Source: a virus. From it: DNA of 33,039 bases. Below are positions 14,129 through 25,300 of this stretch, in pieces. Made by a program: the position numbers and the translations under genes. The stretch lies in IMG/VR virus record IMGVR_UViG_3300025876_000001. The stretch is one strand, 5' to 3'. Position 1 is the first letter of the stretch, and every line of letters starts with the position of its first letter. The notes below the pieces were generated by a model. It was given only the letters and a program-made list of their open reading frames with translations. It searched no databases and was not told where the DNA came from.

Positions 14129-15007
14129 TTACATCGGAAAACGGCACGAATCAACGTGTTTCACAATGTTTCTTGCTTTTCCGTTTTGAACCCTTTTAAA
14201 TGATAATGTCAACAAACGCCCACCCAATGCACGTGCCTCCGCTCCGCGAGAATAATGCCAACCCATACCGCCAACACCAAAGTATTCCTCTTTATATGTT
14301 CCGGTAATCATGTGATGAATTTGTTGCGGTTTAACGCGATATCCTGATTTATTTGCAACGATTGTTTCGCGTACATCATTCCGCGACATTGATTGATGTA
14401 TATGCCCTTGAGTAAATACATCCATTGATTCTGTGATTGCCATTGAACGGCTTAAGTCAATAGCACCCTTTGTAACGACACTCGCACCTTTTGATAAACC
14501 ATGATGATATTTTATTCTAAAAGGTTGAACCGCACCATGTTGTTCCAATTCAACAACTAACCAACCACCATATCCGCCAACCTGAATATTTGTTCCCTCA
14601 CTTAAATTCATTTTTGATGCGAATCTTTCCAATAAATCCGTTTCATGTACTTTCGTGATTGCGGTTTCGTGATTGCCATAAGAAACCAACGCAATTAAAT
14701 GTGCGTATGGTTTGAACCATTCAACACTTGTATCAATTAATGAATCCAAATAATTATCGACATTGTGCATTGGTCTAATTCCGGATTTTGATGCTCTTCT
14801 GTCAAATTTCCCCATCATACAGCAGTAAAAATCGCCGTTTATGTGTATCGGAATAGAATGATCTAAACAATAATCCATGTGTTTTTTTAACAATTTCCAA
14901 TCGCATTTTGGATTGTCCCAATGTAAATCGGACAACATTGCAATTTGGCATTTATTACCCTTTAATTTTAAAACATGGACGTTCTTTTCGTGTTGTTCTA
15001 TTTTCAT
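14129..15007 (-). CDS. calcineurin-like metallophosphoesterase
   Basis: Ordered MPE motifs SDLHWD, NGDF, YGNHE, YHHG, QGHIH. The ATG overlaps the amidase stop (ATGA). Confidence 0.8.
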   Translation of the reverse strand: MKIEQHEKNVHVLKLKGNKCQIAMLSDLHWDNPKCDWKLLKKHMDYCLDHSIPIHINGDFYCCMMGKFDRRASKSGIRPMHNVDNYLDSLIDTSVEWFKPYAHLIALVSYGNHETAITKVHETDLLERFASKMNLSEGTNIQVGGYGGWLVVELEQHGAVQPFRIKYHHGLSKGASVVTKGAIDLSRSMAITESMDVFTQGHIHQSMSRNDVRETIVANKSGYRVKPQQIHHMITGTYKEEYFGVGGMGWHYSRGAEARALGGRLLTLSFKRVQNGKARNIVKHVDSCRFPM

Positions 15008-15690
15008 AATTCTTTGAGCATTTCAATCATTCGTGGACATGGATAAATATCAAGTTTATCAGGACGCACCGAATTGTGTGAAAACAACCCATTTTCACCG
15101 CGTAACGCCCTTTTTGAAACTTGCCACATATCGCAATCATTGTATGTGATTGATATGCCATAACGCTTGTGCCAAAATACAAGTAATTGACGAACTGATT
15201 CAATTTGTGCATCAGTATATCGATGCCAATATCGTTTGTTTTTGTATGGTGTTTCTAAAATTGTAACCTCATTTTCAGGAACAAGACCATTGACATAATT
15301 GTAAAACTTTCCATCACGTTCCGTTAAATATCCCCAATTGCATATTTCAATACCGATTGAATTTTTATCAAGTAATTTGTACGGAACATCTTGTGATTTA
15401 AATATTTCGCTTTTTACTCCCAAATGATATGCCCAATATTTAGAACTGAATGCTTGACAAATTTCACCATCTTTGGACATCTTTGCATCCTTTCCCGAAA
15501 TTACAACACACGTTGCCACGCGACCACGTTTGTCATCGTTCCAATGTCTAATGCAACGAACACCCGATGAACGTCCGGCGGTGTGATGTAAATATATTTG
15601 ATTCTTTTCGGTTTCAATTCTCAAATATTCGTTATCATCCATTCCAACGAAATTGATTTCCGAAAGATTTAATTCTTTTTTTCCTGACAT
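15004..15690 (-). CDS. N-acetylmuramoyl-L-alanine amidase (Amidase_2/PGRP-type endolysin)
   Basis: IYLHHTAG, SIGIEICNWG, and C-terminal FSHNSVRPDKLDIYP. Sits in the lysis cassette. No signal peptide. Confidence 0.8.
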   Translation of the reverse strand: MSGKKELNLSEINFVGMDDNEYLRIETEKNQIYLHHTAGRSSGVRCIRHWNDDKRGRVATCVVISGKDAKMSKDGEICQAFSSKYWAYHLGVKSEIFKSQDVPYKLLDKNSIGIEICNWGYLTERDGKFYNYVNGLVPENEVTILETPYKNKRYWHRYTDAQIESVRQLLVFWHKRYGISITYNDCDMWQVSKRALRGENGLFSHNSVRPDKLDIYPCPRMIEMLKEL

Positions 15691-15983
15691 TTTTTTCTTT
15701 TATAAAATGAATACCCAACAAAACAAAGAATCAACAAACCACAAATCACACGACCATAATCTTTTTGTTTTACGGATTTGTAAACATCGTTTGAAACTTC
15801 GATAATTTTTTCAATAATGACTTCATGAACCAATGAATCTTTTTGATCCATGTGGAACAACGTATCATTTTCATAGACAATTGTTGTTGTTTTTACATTA
15901 CCGGAACATTGGATTGTTGTGTCACATTTTTCCGCAAATGACATTGTACTAACCAATAAAAATATCGACAAAACATATTTCAT
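15669..15983 (-). CDS. lysis-cassette protein with an N-terminal signal peptide and a C-terminal TM anchor (unimolecular-spanin-like topology)
   Basis: MKYVLSIFLLVSTMSFAEKC... at the N-terminus. VICGLLILCFVGYSFY followed by KRKKCQEKKN at the C-terminus. Lies between the holin and the amidase. Confidence 0.45.
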   Translation of the reverse strand: MKYVLSIFLLVSTMSFAEKCDTTIQCSGNVKTTTIVYENDTLFHMDQKDSLVHEVIIEKIIEVSNDVYKSVKQKDYGRVICGLLILCFVGYSFYKRKKCQEKKN

Positions 15984-16303
15984 TTTTTACCCCCTTTATT
16001 AAATTTATTTTTTAAATATTGAATTCCAATTTCGTACAAATCACCGATTGCATTATCCAATGTTGAAATCAATTCGTTTGAAATCCAACCAACAACAAAT
16101 GATATTAAAATGACAATTTTTGGTGTTGCCTCATGATAAAACACTTCAATCACACCGGTCACCGAATAGGTTAAAATACCGGCAATGACACACGCCAAAA
16201 TTATTGTCGGCGGTTTTAAATGCTTTTTTAGACCTTTCAGAAACGCACCCAACATTCCAATTCCCATTGCGATAATATCACCAAAATTTTCCATCCCTTT
16301 CAT
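15980..16303 (-). CDS. putative holin (three TM segments)
   Basis: 107 aa with hydrophobic segments IIAMGIGMLGAFL, IILACVIAGILTYSVTGVI and IVILISFVVGWI, and a charged C-terminus KNKFNKGGKK. First gene of the lysis block. Confidence 0.5.
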   Translation of the reverse strand: MKGMENFGDIIAMGIGMLGAFLKGLKKHLKPPTIILACVIAGILTYSVTGVIEVFYHEATPKIVILISFVVGWISNELISTLDNAIGDLYEIGIQYLKNKFNKGGKK

Positions 16304-16309
16304 TGTCTT

Positions 16310-17500
16310 TTATTTATAGTATGTACGTTTATTTTTAAATTTATCGGAAACTTTACATGTCAATTTTGCTTTTCTTGAAAAATCGTAATATTCAACCGAT
16401 GGGCTTTCATCAACAATCACCGCGACATCCTGATAACGATACGAATGATTGTGTGCATTATAATCCGAAATGAATAGTTGGTTTTCACTTAAAAGAAATA
16501 AATCAATCAATGGTCTTGTAATGCATTCATCAACCGGATCGGTAAATATTTCATAACTATTTAAATTCTCGCGAATGACACGTTTCATTTCGCGGTTTTG
16601 ATAAATAATATTATCGATTTCGGTGTTCGGTTGTCGATTGCCAATGTAACCGGCAAACCTAAATGTTGATTCAATTTCAGAACCTGAAAAATTGATTTGT
16701 TCAATTTCTTGATATCCATTAAATATTGCTTTTACCCTCGCGGTGTGCAATGCATTTTGAATTGTATATGGTTCTAAAATATATGTACCCCAAACAATCG
16801 TTCCAATTACGCCGGAAATATTATATTCAATTTCTATTGTGTAACAACCAACACCATCCGATGTCAATACCGCACCCCAATCAATAGTTGTATATCGTGC
16901 ATTTTGTTCATTTATAAACTGATTTGATGTTGGTGTGTATGTTGTTGCAACACCATTCTTTTTCAAAATAAATGTTCCGGTATCACTCGGATCACTCAAT
17001 TTTATCCATGCACTTGTGACATCGTTCTTAAATGAATCACCACTTGCATCACCTAAAACATTGTATTTACAACAACAATCCTTTAATCCCCTATCTTGTT
17101 CTTGAAACACTTCCGGCAATTTTATTGATTCATATCTTTTATATGTTCGGTCTTGATTTCCACAATTATCCTCCGGACATGGAACACCTAATGTTGTAAA
17201 TATCTTTAAATTTGGAAAAGTTGTAGTGTCTGTCCAACCCAAAACCGGATTGGGATTTAATGATGCTTCAGGACAACTGACCGCCGGTGATGGTGCAAAT
17301 CTTCCATATGTTGTTCCGCCACCTAAAGCATCGGAATACAACCAAGATGTGCCACCTCCCCCAATGTCCCAAATATAAATATCTTGACCATCGTGTGTAA
17401 AATACCAATATGAACTTCCATTGTATGTTCCGGCAATCGGTTCAACATAAATTGTTGGGCCGGTTGTTGCTCTAATTGTAAGTTGTAGACAATCGCACAT
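16310..17500 (-). CDS. distal tail / receptor-binding candidate (396 aa)
   Basis: Last large gene of the tail block. Cys-containing, Gly/Thr-rich N-terminal third. No family recognised. Confidence 0.5.
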   Translation of the reverse strand: MCDCLQLTIRATTGPTIYVEPIAGTYNGSSYWYFTHDGQDIYIWDIGGGGTSWLYSDALGGGTTYGRFAPSPAVSCPEASLNPNPVLGWTDTTTFPNLKIFTTLGVPCPEDNCGNQDRTYKRYESIKLPEVFQEQDRGLKDCCCKYNVLGDASGDSFKNDVTSAWIKLSDPSDTGTFILKKNGVATTYTPTSNQFINEQNARYTTIDWGAVLTSDGVGCYTIEIEYNISGVIGTIVWGTYILEPYTIQNALHTARVKAIFNGYQEIEQINFSGSEIESTFRFAGYIGNRQPNTEIDNIIYQNREMKRVIRENLNSYEIFTDPVDECITRPLIDLFLLSENQLFISDYNAHNHSYRYQDVAVIVDESPSVEYYDFSRKAKLTCKVSDKFKNKRTYYK

Positions 17501-17506
17501 AATCTT

Positions 17507-18175
17507 TTAATATGTTTTTCTTAAATTAACAATATCGGTTGTGATTGAATTTGACGCACTTGCCGTTGCCCATTCCCAAGTTACGTTCAAATTGTTTCCA
17601 ATTACTGTGTTGAAAGTTGTGTTATTTAACAAACAAAAGTTTGAACCCTCAAATGATGTTCCGGTATTTTGCACATAATTAAGTTCCCCCATTGTGATAA
17701 TTGACGCTTGTGTTGGATTTCCAAGTGTGCGAATTGTAAAATCCAATTCAATTTCAAAAACCCGATTTGACATTGTCGGCAATTGAATTATGCCGGTGTC
17801 GGCAAGAATTGATTCTTGTGGCGTTCCGATGTTTGACATCACCCTAATTGTCACGTCCGAATTATTTAAACAACTTACAAATCCACCAATTTTACAATGA
17901 AATGAATCACCAATATTGAATTGAGCCGGTAACACTTGCAATGTTCCAACCGATGTTGCACCATCGAACAATGATGTTTCCGTTGTTGTGTTTGTTATCG
18001 GTGTCGATGCACTTGTTTGTGAATACATTCCTATTCCACTTATACCGGCTTTTAATACCGAACCCTTAATTTTTGCGGTTTGATATGTTGCACCATCCCA
18101 ATAGTCGATGTCATAATAATCATCATCACCGAATGTTGTTCGGTTTAATGTGTATTGATTTATTTGTTGTCCCAT
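17507..18175 (-). CDS. tail fibre-like protein (222 aa)
   Basis: Called from position. S/T/N-rich and beta-rich sequence with an N-terminal FGDDDYYDIDYWDG segment. No family recognised. Confidence 0.5.
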   Translation of the reverse strand: MGQQINQYTLNRTTFGDDDYYDIDYWDGATYQTAKIKGSVLKAGISGIGMYSQTSASTPITNTTTETSLFDGATSVGTLQVLPAQFNIGDSFHCKIGGFVSCLNNSDVTIRVMSNIGTPQESILADTGIIQLPTMSNRVFEIELDFTIRTLGNPTQASIITMGELNYVQNTGTSFEGSNFCLLNNTTFNTVIGNNLNVTWEWATASASNSITTDIVNLRKTY

Positions 18176-18179
18176 TGTA

Positions 18180-20453
18180 TTATGTTTTTATTTTTGTTTG
18201 TCCTGATGTGGTCAATTTTTGTTGTCCGTCTGTCATTAATTTCACAACGTCACCATCATTGCAACCTTTTATTTTTGATGTAAATTTTACACCATTTGAT
18301 AAATCTATTTTGTCCGGATCAAAAAAGCATTCCAATCTTGCAACATCCGGTGTTGGAAATGTCAAATCACAACGCAAACCGCTTAAAGGAAATAATGGAT
18401 TTGAAAGATTGTTGTCGTAATCAATCGCGGTTGATGATATCCAACGCGGATTCGATTCTTTTGGTTCAATAGTAATCATTCCCCAAACTGAATTAGTAAT
18501 CCATGCCGAACCATCAACAAACGTGTGTGTTGCCACAACTCGCATCAATAATCCCTCCGTTACAACTTGAACATTTTGTGATGTGCTATCGATATATAAT
18601 TCAATTTCTTGCAAAATATTCGGATCATGATTGTAGTCATCAATATTTATAAAATCGGTGTATTGATAATTGACCAATTCATCGATTCCATAATTGTTTG
18701 TTTCCGTTCGCACATTTTCAACAACCAAACGCAATTTCCAATCATCTTGATTTCCAAATGGTACATAATTCCGAACTTGTTTGTCAGGAAAAAAATCCGC
18801 ATTTGCATTGATTTGTGCAATCCACGTTTCCCAACGATATATGTAAGGAAAGTATAAATTAACACCATAGGATTTCGCCGGAACTGAAAGTGTTGAATCG
18901 TTTGTCAAAGATGCAACACGTTTTTTTGATGTTGTTGGCAATTCAGTCAAAACCGGTGATTCTAATGCCAAAACCATTTGGTTGTTTACAATAGGAATTC
19001 CATTCAAATTGAAATTTACTTGTTGTAATGTAAATTTATCTTCGCTTGTAATGTTGTACGCTTCAATTCTCGCATTCAAAAAATTCATTTCGACATTTTC
19101 AGGGAATTTAAACTTTCCAAGAAATGCAAAATCATCTTCAACATTTCCGGTGTAACCCCTTACCAAATCACTTGAAAAAGTTGTGTTTTCTGAATGGTCA
19201 AAATAATCCGAAACAATCATTTCCAATGGTTGCGTTTCCTTTGGTGAACACGTTAATTGACCATTAAAAACCAACAAATTCACGTTACCAAATCGACACC
19301 AAAAATAGAATGTTCGGTCACCTTGTGAACGATTTGCCATAAAATTAGCAAATGCCGGTGATGGTGTGATTAATGCGGTGATTGTGTGTTGTGTTCCGCT
19401 TGTGACAATTGATTGATATTCCAAAAACCATTTCGCCGTTTCATCATTTGCTTGTGATACCAAACTTTGACCAACAAACATATCGGTTGTTGGAATCATC
19501 ATTGCGTAATTTGTCGCGGTGTTTGGTTGAACCTTATAATATGTATCCTGACCGGAAACATAAGCACCACCAAGACCAAAATCACTTGATGCCGAATCCA
19601 CAATGAATTCAATTGTTGTTGGTTCACAATAACTGATTTCCGAAATCGATTGAACAATTGTTGCGTCAATTACTCCGGTGTTAAATGGTTGATTAAACCA
19701 ACCGGTGTCGGCATCATCATTAAATATTTCAATGGTATTGTCAAAGGGTTCGCCGATGTTTGTTTGCCACCTTTGTTTTGCGTATAATTTCAAACAATTG
19801 TTAAAATCAAAATTTGCGGTGTTGTACAACCCACTCATTTCGAAATTAATTTCCAAAGTGTAAAATCTTTGTGTTGCCGTTGATGATATTAAAGTCAAAT
19901 TTGACGTTACCGCAAACATTCCCGATTTGTTACCAACTTGTGTTCCAAGAAAAGGTGACGCACCGGTCAAATCAAAATTAAATGTTGTGACCTCACCATC
20001 AATCAACGAAAATTCCGAACCTTGTGAACCATTGCCAACCATATTGACGTTTAATTCCAAACCATCACGTTGGTCTTGTGCTATTATTCGCACCGCTTCA
20101 TCAGGCAATGTGTACCATGTACCCAAAGTTGACGCAACTTTTATTTCCGAACCCGAAACCCAATCAATCGTTGTTGTTGTCGAATCTAATGTTGCACCGG
20201 TTAATATTGTATATCTTAAAATTTCAATTGTTTGACCACTCCTGAAACCCTCCGATTCAAAATCACCACCAACCCATGTGATAATGTTTGTTAATCCGTT
20301 TTGTTGCAATGTATTTGATTCCGCAGTATTTACCGAAATATTTTCGGTAATTGACAATTCCGATTGTATAAAATCACCCACATTTCCGCGTAAATACGTT
20401 GTGACGTTTCCCCAAATATCGCGAAAACTATTATTTGTTATCGTAATCGGCAT
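18180..20453 (-). CDS. large tail-tip/baseplate protein (757 aa)
   Basis: Occupies the position of a tail-associated (Tal-position) protein, two genes after the tape measure. No enzymatic motif recognised. Confidence 0.55.
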   Translation of the reverse strand: MPITITNNSFRDIWGNVTTYLRGNVGDFIQSELSITENISVNTAESNTLQQNGLTNIITWVGGDFESEGFRSGQTIEILRYTILTGATLDSTTTTIDWVSGSEIKVASTLGTWYTLPDEAVRIIAQDQRDGLELNVNMVGNGSQGSEFSLIDGEVTTFNFDLTGASPFLGTQVGNKSGMFAVTSNLTLISSTATQRFYTLEINFEMSGLYNTANFDFNNCLKLYAKQRWQTNIGEPFDNTIEIFNDDADTGWFNQPFNTGVIDATIVQSISEISYCEPTTIEFIVDSASSDFGLGGAYVSGQDTYYKVQPNTATNYAMMIPTTDMFVGQSLVSQANDETAKWFLEYQSIVTSGTQHTITALITPSPAFANFMANRSQGDRTFYFWCRFGNVNLLVFNGQLTCSPKETQPLEMIVSDYFDHSENTTFSSDLVRGYTGNVEDDFAFLGKFKFPENVEMNFLNARIEAYNITSEDKFTLQQVNFNLNGIPIVNNQMVLALESPVLTELPTTSKKRVASLTNDSTLSVPAKSYGVNLYFPYIYRWETWIAQINANADFFPDKQVRNYVPFGNQDDWKLRLVVENVRTETNNYGIDELVNYQYTDFINIDDYNHDPNILQEIELYIDSTSQNVQVVTEGLLMRVVATHTFVDGSAWITNSVWGMITIEPKESNPRWISSTAIDYDNNLSNPLFPLSGLRCDLTFPTPDVARLECFFDPDKIDLSNGVKFTSKIKGCNDGDVVKLMTDGQQKLTTSGQTKIKT

Positions 20454-20649
20454 ATTTTTGTTGTATGTTGATTATTTTATTCAAATCTTTTTCATCAAAT
20501 GCTTTTTGCAAATCTTTATTGTCTTTTATAATCTGTGAAACCTTTTCCGGATCGTGTTCCATTATTGATTCCAACGCTTTTTGATTTATTTCACGCAATT
20601 TGTCCATGTTTTTGGACATTTCTTTTGCTAAATTTTTAAAATCATCCAT
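20431..20649 (-). CDS. small helical hypothetical protein (72 aa)
   Basis: The ATG overlaps the upstream stop (TAATG). Charged, helical-looking sequence. Confidence 0.5.
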   Translation of the reverse strand: MDDFKNLAKEMSKNMDKLREINQKALESIMEHDPEKVSQIIKDNKDLQKAFDEKDLNKIINIQQKYADYDNK

Positions 20650-22391
20650 TATTCATCAATTGTTAATGTTATCACCTTGTTTGATGCGTAGTTTTCACGT
20701 TGTTTGTACGTGATTTGTGCAAAACTTTGTTCATCAATCCACTCAATTTTTAAAATTTCAACCAAAACACCATTGATTTCCGCATAATTATTGTTTAGCA
20801 AAGTTACGAATTCTGAATGACTTAATCGAATACGTGCATTTTCAATGATTATAAAATCATTTTGTTGAATTTCGTTTATTTGATGAAAATTGTTCCATAA
20901 AGAATTTGCGGATATAAAATCAAAATAATTTTGTTCCTGAATCAACTCATTTGGTTTAATTGCACCGGTTTGTCCATACAATACTTTTGTTGTACTGAAA
21001 TATAATTGACTAATTTGCAAACAATCTTTCCTTGAATCAATTAGTGATGTCAAACTTGATGATCCGCCGAAAACATTAATAATATTGTCAATCGTTTCAA
21101 ATAATTCCCTTGCCACTTTTTCCACAAAATTTAATTGCGTTTTTCTTGAGCCTAATGAATACGGAATTGGGACTTCATTCAATCCTTTTATTGTAATTAA
21201 ATCATCATGTGTGACCGGAAAATTAGGTTCGGTTGAAAATTCCGCATCATGGTTGTCGTATGTCACCGAATCAAGTGTGTGTAAATCTGAATAATCCAAA
21301 GAATATCGGATGTAATATCGTTTCCAAATTTCATCGGTGTTATATGTATATTCGTTATCCCTATCGGATTGTAATGACAACGCCGGTTCAATTACGTTAA
21401 TGGTTTGGTTTTGTAGCCAATCGCGTCTTTCAATCCTGACAACACCATTGCGAACAATCAATTTTGCATTAAACATTGTTTCAAGCGAATCGATAAATTG
21501 ACCAAATGTTGACACCGAATCGGATGATGATGGAACACCTTTTGAAAATGGAAATGTTTCAAGATTATTGAACGAAATATCACCAAACACGCTTTCCCTA
21601 TCTCGCGTCAATGGTACGGGTAACAATGCAAAATGTGGATATTGATTGAATAAATCACTTTCAAACGTAAAACCAAGATATTCACATCCTTTTGTTAATA
21701 ATTCGGTAAAATAACACGCCGGTAAAAACTTTTTGGATGGAAATAATATGTTCAATAATTGTTTTGCAAGTTTTATGACAATAATAATCAAGGCGAAATA
21801 ATATGCAAGTTTTACAATTAAATTCAATGATGCCTCGAGAATACCCCCCAAATCGACTTCCGGCGGAATTGATGGTGTCAATGCACCTTGCAATTGGTTA
21901 AATGCTTCCGCCGTTTCTTTTGTTGCCTGAATTAATGCCTCACCCATAATGAAACCGGTAATCGCAATATTTAAAAGTAATTCACCTTGATTGTCTTTAA
22001 TTACAAAAAACGGAACTTTGGATGTGTTAAAAATTACGCCTTTTTCTAACATCAATTCAAATGTTGTTCCATCCGCACGTTCTTTGAAATTATCTAATGC
22101 ATTACGCTTTTTTAATTTCACTTCGATTTCATGGTCACGAACCTTGACACCATCAACCAAATCAACGTAATATTGTAACGTCACACCGCTTGTTTCAACA
22201 TCGTATGGAATACCCTCAAACAATCCAACATTCGTGATGTGGTTTCGGATCAATTCGTTTGCCTCACGCGGTAAAATAACCGAATCAACATTCAATTGAA
22301 CGAATTCAGGATTGCCGGAAAAATCCGCAACAACACCAATTTCATTTCGGTTTCGCGGTGATATTTCAATATTGTTTAAGAAATGCCTCAT
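20649..22391 (-). CDS. distal-tail-position protein with an internal hydrophobic segment (580 aa)
   Basis: ATGA-coupled to the tape measure gene. Residues ~189-217 read LNLIVKLAYYFALIIIVIKLAKQLLNILF. Confidence 0.55.
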   Translation of the reverse strand: MRHFLNNIEISPRNRNEIGVVADFSGNPEFVQLNVDSVILPREANELIRNHITNVGLFEGIPYDVETSGVTLQYYVDLVDGVKVRDHEIEVKLKKRNALDNFKERADGTTFELMLEKGVIFNTSKVPFFVIKDNQGELLLNIAITGFIMGEALIQATKETAEAFNQLQGALTPSIPPEVDLGGILEASLNLIVKLAYYFALIIIVIKLAKQLLNILFPSKKFLPACYFTELLTKGCEYLGFTFESDLFNQYPHFALLPVPLTRDRESVFGDISFNNLETFPFSKGVPSSSDSVSTFGQFIDSLETMFNAKLIVRNGVVRIERRDWLQNQTINVIEPALSLQSDRDNEYTYNTDEIWKRYYIRYSLDYSDLHTLDSVTYDNHDAEFSTEPNFPVTHDDLITIKGLNEVPIPYSLGSRKTQLNFVEKVARELFETIDNIINVFGGSSSLTSLIDSRKDCLQISQLYFSTTKVLYGQTGAIKPNELIQEQNYFDFISANSLWNNFHQINEIQQNDFIIIENARIRLSHSEFVTLLNNNYAEINGVLVEILKIEWIDEQSFAQITYKQRENYASNKVITLTIDE

Positions 22392-25300
22392 TTTACTTTG
22401 TATCTGTTATAAACAATTGTGTTTCCTTGTTTTGTTGATTTAACAATTTCCATTGCACCTTGTGTGATTTCACCCAATTGAATATTTGTTTCGGGTTTGT
22501 CCTGAATAACTTGTGTTAAATTATCCAATCGATTAACCAAAACCGCCAATTCCAACGCACTTGAAACTTGTGAATCCGAACGAACAATTTTTCCGTTTTG
22601 GTATTCCATTGCCAAATTACTCAATTCATCGTTTGTAAGACCTCCAATTTGTTCATTCAATGCTTTTGGCACAACACGTTCGTTTGGATGTAATACGGAA
22701 AGGAAACCGCCTTTTCCATCGATTCCACGACCATTTGTTCCGGTGTCATCAATACCACTTTCAAATGTTGGTAATGACTGAATGAATTGATTTAAAACTT
22801 GTGTGTCGCGAATTGTTTCCGCTAATGGATTTTTTGAATTTGATTGAATTTTTGAATTGTACGTTGAAAAAACACTTTGAGCCAATTGGATTCGTTGTTG
22901 CCTTTGTTGTTCTTCTAACTTTTTGCGATTACCCTCCGCGATTATTTTTTGTTGTTCCGCCAAAGATTCTTTTGCATCAATGTTTCCTTGTTCCGCCAAA
23001 GTTCGCAACGTGTCCGCTTGTTTTTCTGCCATCGAAATTTCTTCTTCAATTGCGTCAATTTTTCGGTTCGATTGTTTAATGAAATAATCCGCACTTGCTT
23101 TGACCAATGCATCCGTTGTTTCAAATATTTTTTTATCCGCATCGGTTGATGAATCAACCAATTGTTGATTGTAATCCTCAAAACTTTCCAATGCTTCATT
23201 GTCCAATTCTTTTTTGTCATTTATTCCTTGTTCATGAATTATTAGTTTTTCGGTTTCCGCGTCTTTTCGTCTTTGGGTTTGTTCTTCAACAAGTTCATCA
23301 TCCTTTATATCAAAATCCGCATTGATTTTATCAATTGCGTCTATTGTGATGTCTTTTTGTCCAAGTAACCGGTCACGCTCTTTTATCAACGCATCCATTT
23401 CTTTTTGTTCCGTTTGTTCAATTTTTCGGTCAACGGCATCCATTTCATATTGAACACGTTGGTCAATGAAACCTTTTTCTAATTTGGTTTTTTCTTGAAT
23501 CATTTGGTTTAATAAATTGGCATCAAATTTCCCGGTTTCTTCAATTAATTTTAATTGCCTTTCAAACTCCGCATCAATGTCTTTTTGTGACGTAATCAAT
23601 TCGCGGTCTTGTTCAATTTGAATCAATTGTTGTTGCAAATCAATTTGCCTTGATAAATAGTCATTTGTATCTTTTAATTGTGTGTTAAATGTTTTTATTG
23701 TTTCGGTTGATGTCGAAACACCTTTTGTTGTTGTTCTATTTAATGCATCCCTTTGAACAATTTCTTCTTTTACTTGTAAAATTAACTCCTCTTCATTTTT
23801 TTTCAATTCACCATACAAATCTGTTAATGCTTGAATTTCAACCGGCTTTGCACCAACTCTTGCGGTCAATGACGCAATTTTTACCGGATCACGAGCAGAT
23901 ATTGTTCGCGTTCCTGATTTTACAAGCACATCGCGTTGTGCATTATATACATAATTGGGGACGGTTTTTGTGGCATTTTTTGCGTTTTTTAAAGCTAATT
24001 TTAAATTCGTTAATTCCGCATCCGCTTTGTTTTTTAATTGCAAAGTTTCATTTTTTAATCCGGTAACGATATCCGCTTGATTTTGCAAACCCTCTTTCGT
24101 TAATTTATTTTTTTCTTTTTGCGTATTGGCATCCAATTTTTTTTGTCGAATTAACAAATCATTTTTACGAAACTCCTCTTCCTTTCGTTCCAATATTTTC
24201 TTTGTTACGGCATCCGCAACATCTTGTGATTTTCTTGTTTGTGCTTCATTTAATGAATTTTGTTTATTTCGGCGTTCTTCTTCCGCTCTTAATTCCTTTG
24301 CACCGCTTACCGCATCCCATAATGCACTTGCAAATTCAATTGCAAGACTTATTGCAATCGACCATCCAACACCCTTTAATGCGTTGGAAAATCGGTTTGT
24401 TTCGGTAATTCCTTCTTTTTTTAGTTTTACCAATCTTTTTTGTTCCTTATTATATTGCTTTGTCAATGGTATGTTTCGCATTATTGCTTGACCAATTCCC
24501 GACAAACCCATTCGATAAACCTTTTGAATTGTATTTAATGCAATTAAAGACGCTTTATAAACAACAAACGCACGAATCAATTTATACACAACACTAACAA
24601 TTTGCGGTAAATTTGTTGCAATCCATTGAATAAATGTTGTAAAACCTTGCATCGAATTTTCGCCATCTGTTATTCCAAGAAATAAATCGGTGAATGCATT
24701 TTTTAATTCCGTTAATGCATGACCTAATGTTTGCGTTCTTGTGTTTGCTTGTTCTTGTGCCGTTCCAAGTGTGTGCATTTTATTTTCCATTTCGGAAATT
24801 GCATCAACTTGTGTCAACATTGCCTTTGCACCAACAATATTTTCTGCACCAAATACCTTGACCAATGCATTTTCATCTTCCAATAATGGCAACAATGTCC
24901 GAACACGCTCTTCAAATGTTAATGATTTATCCGAAAGTTTTTCTACATTTATTCCGGCTTTTGCAAATTCTTTTGCAAGTTTTGGCGTTCCTTCCGGTGC
25001 GGACATTTTCAACATTATGTTTCTTAATGCCGTACCAACTTCCGCACTTTCTTTAAATGATGGTTTTAATAATTCAATCATTGCCACCGATTCCTCAATT
25101 GACACGTTGAAACCATCCGCAACACCACCAAATTTCAATAATGCATCGGTGATTTGTGGTATTTCCGCCGAACCAAATTTCGCACCATTTGCCAACACAT
25201 TTACAAACTTTGCCGACTCTTCCGCCGGTGCTTTAAATTGATTTAATGCACTTGTTAAATTTTTCGATGCTTCAGGCAAATCCAATCCGGATGCTTGTGA

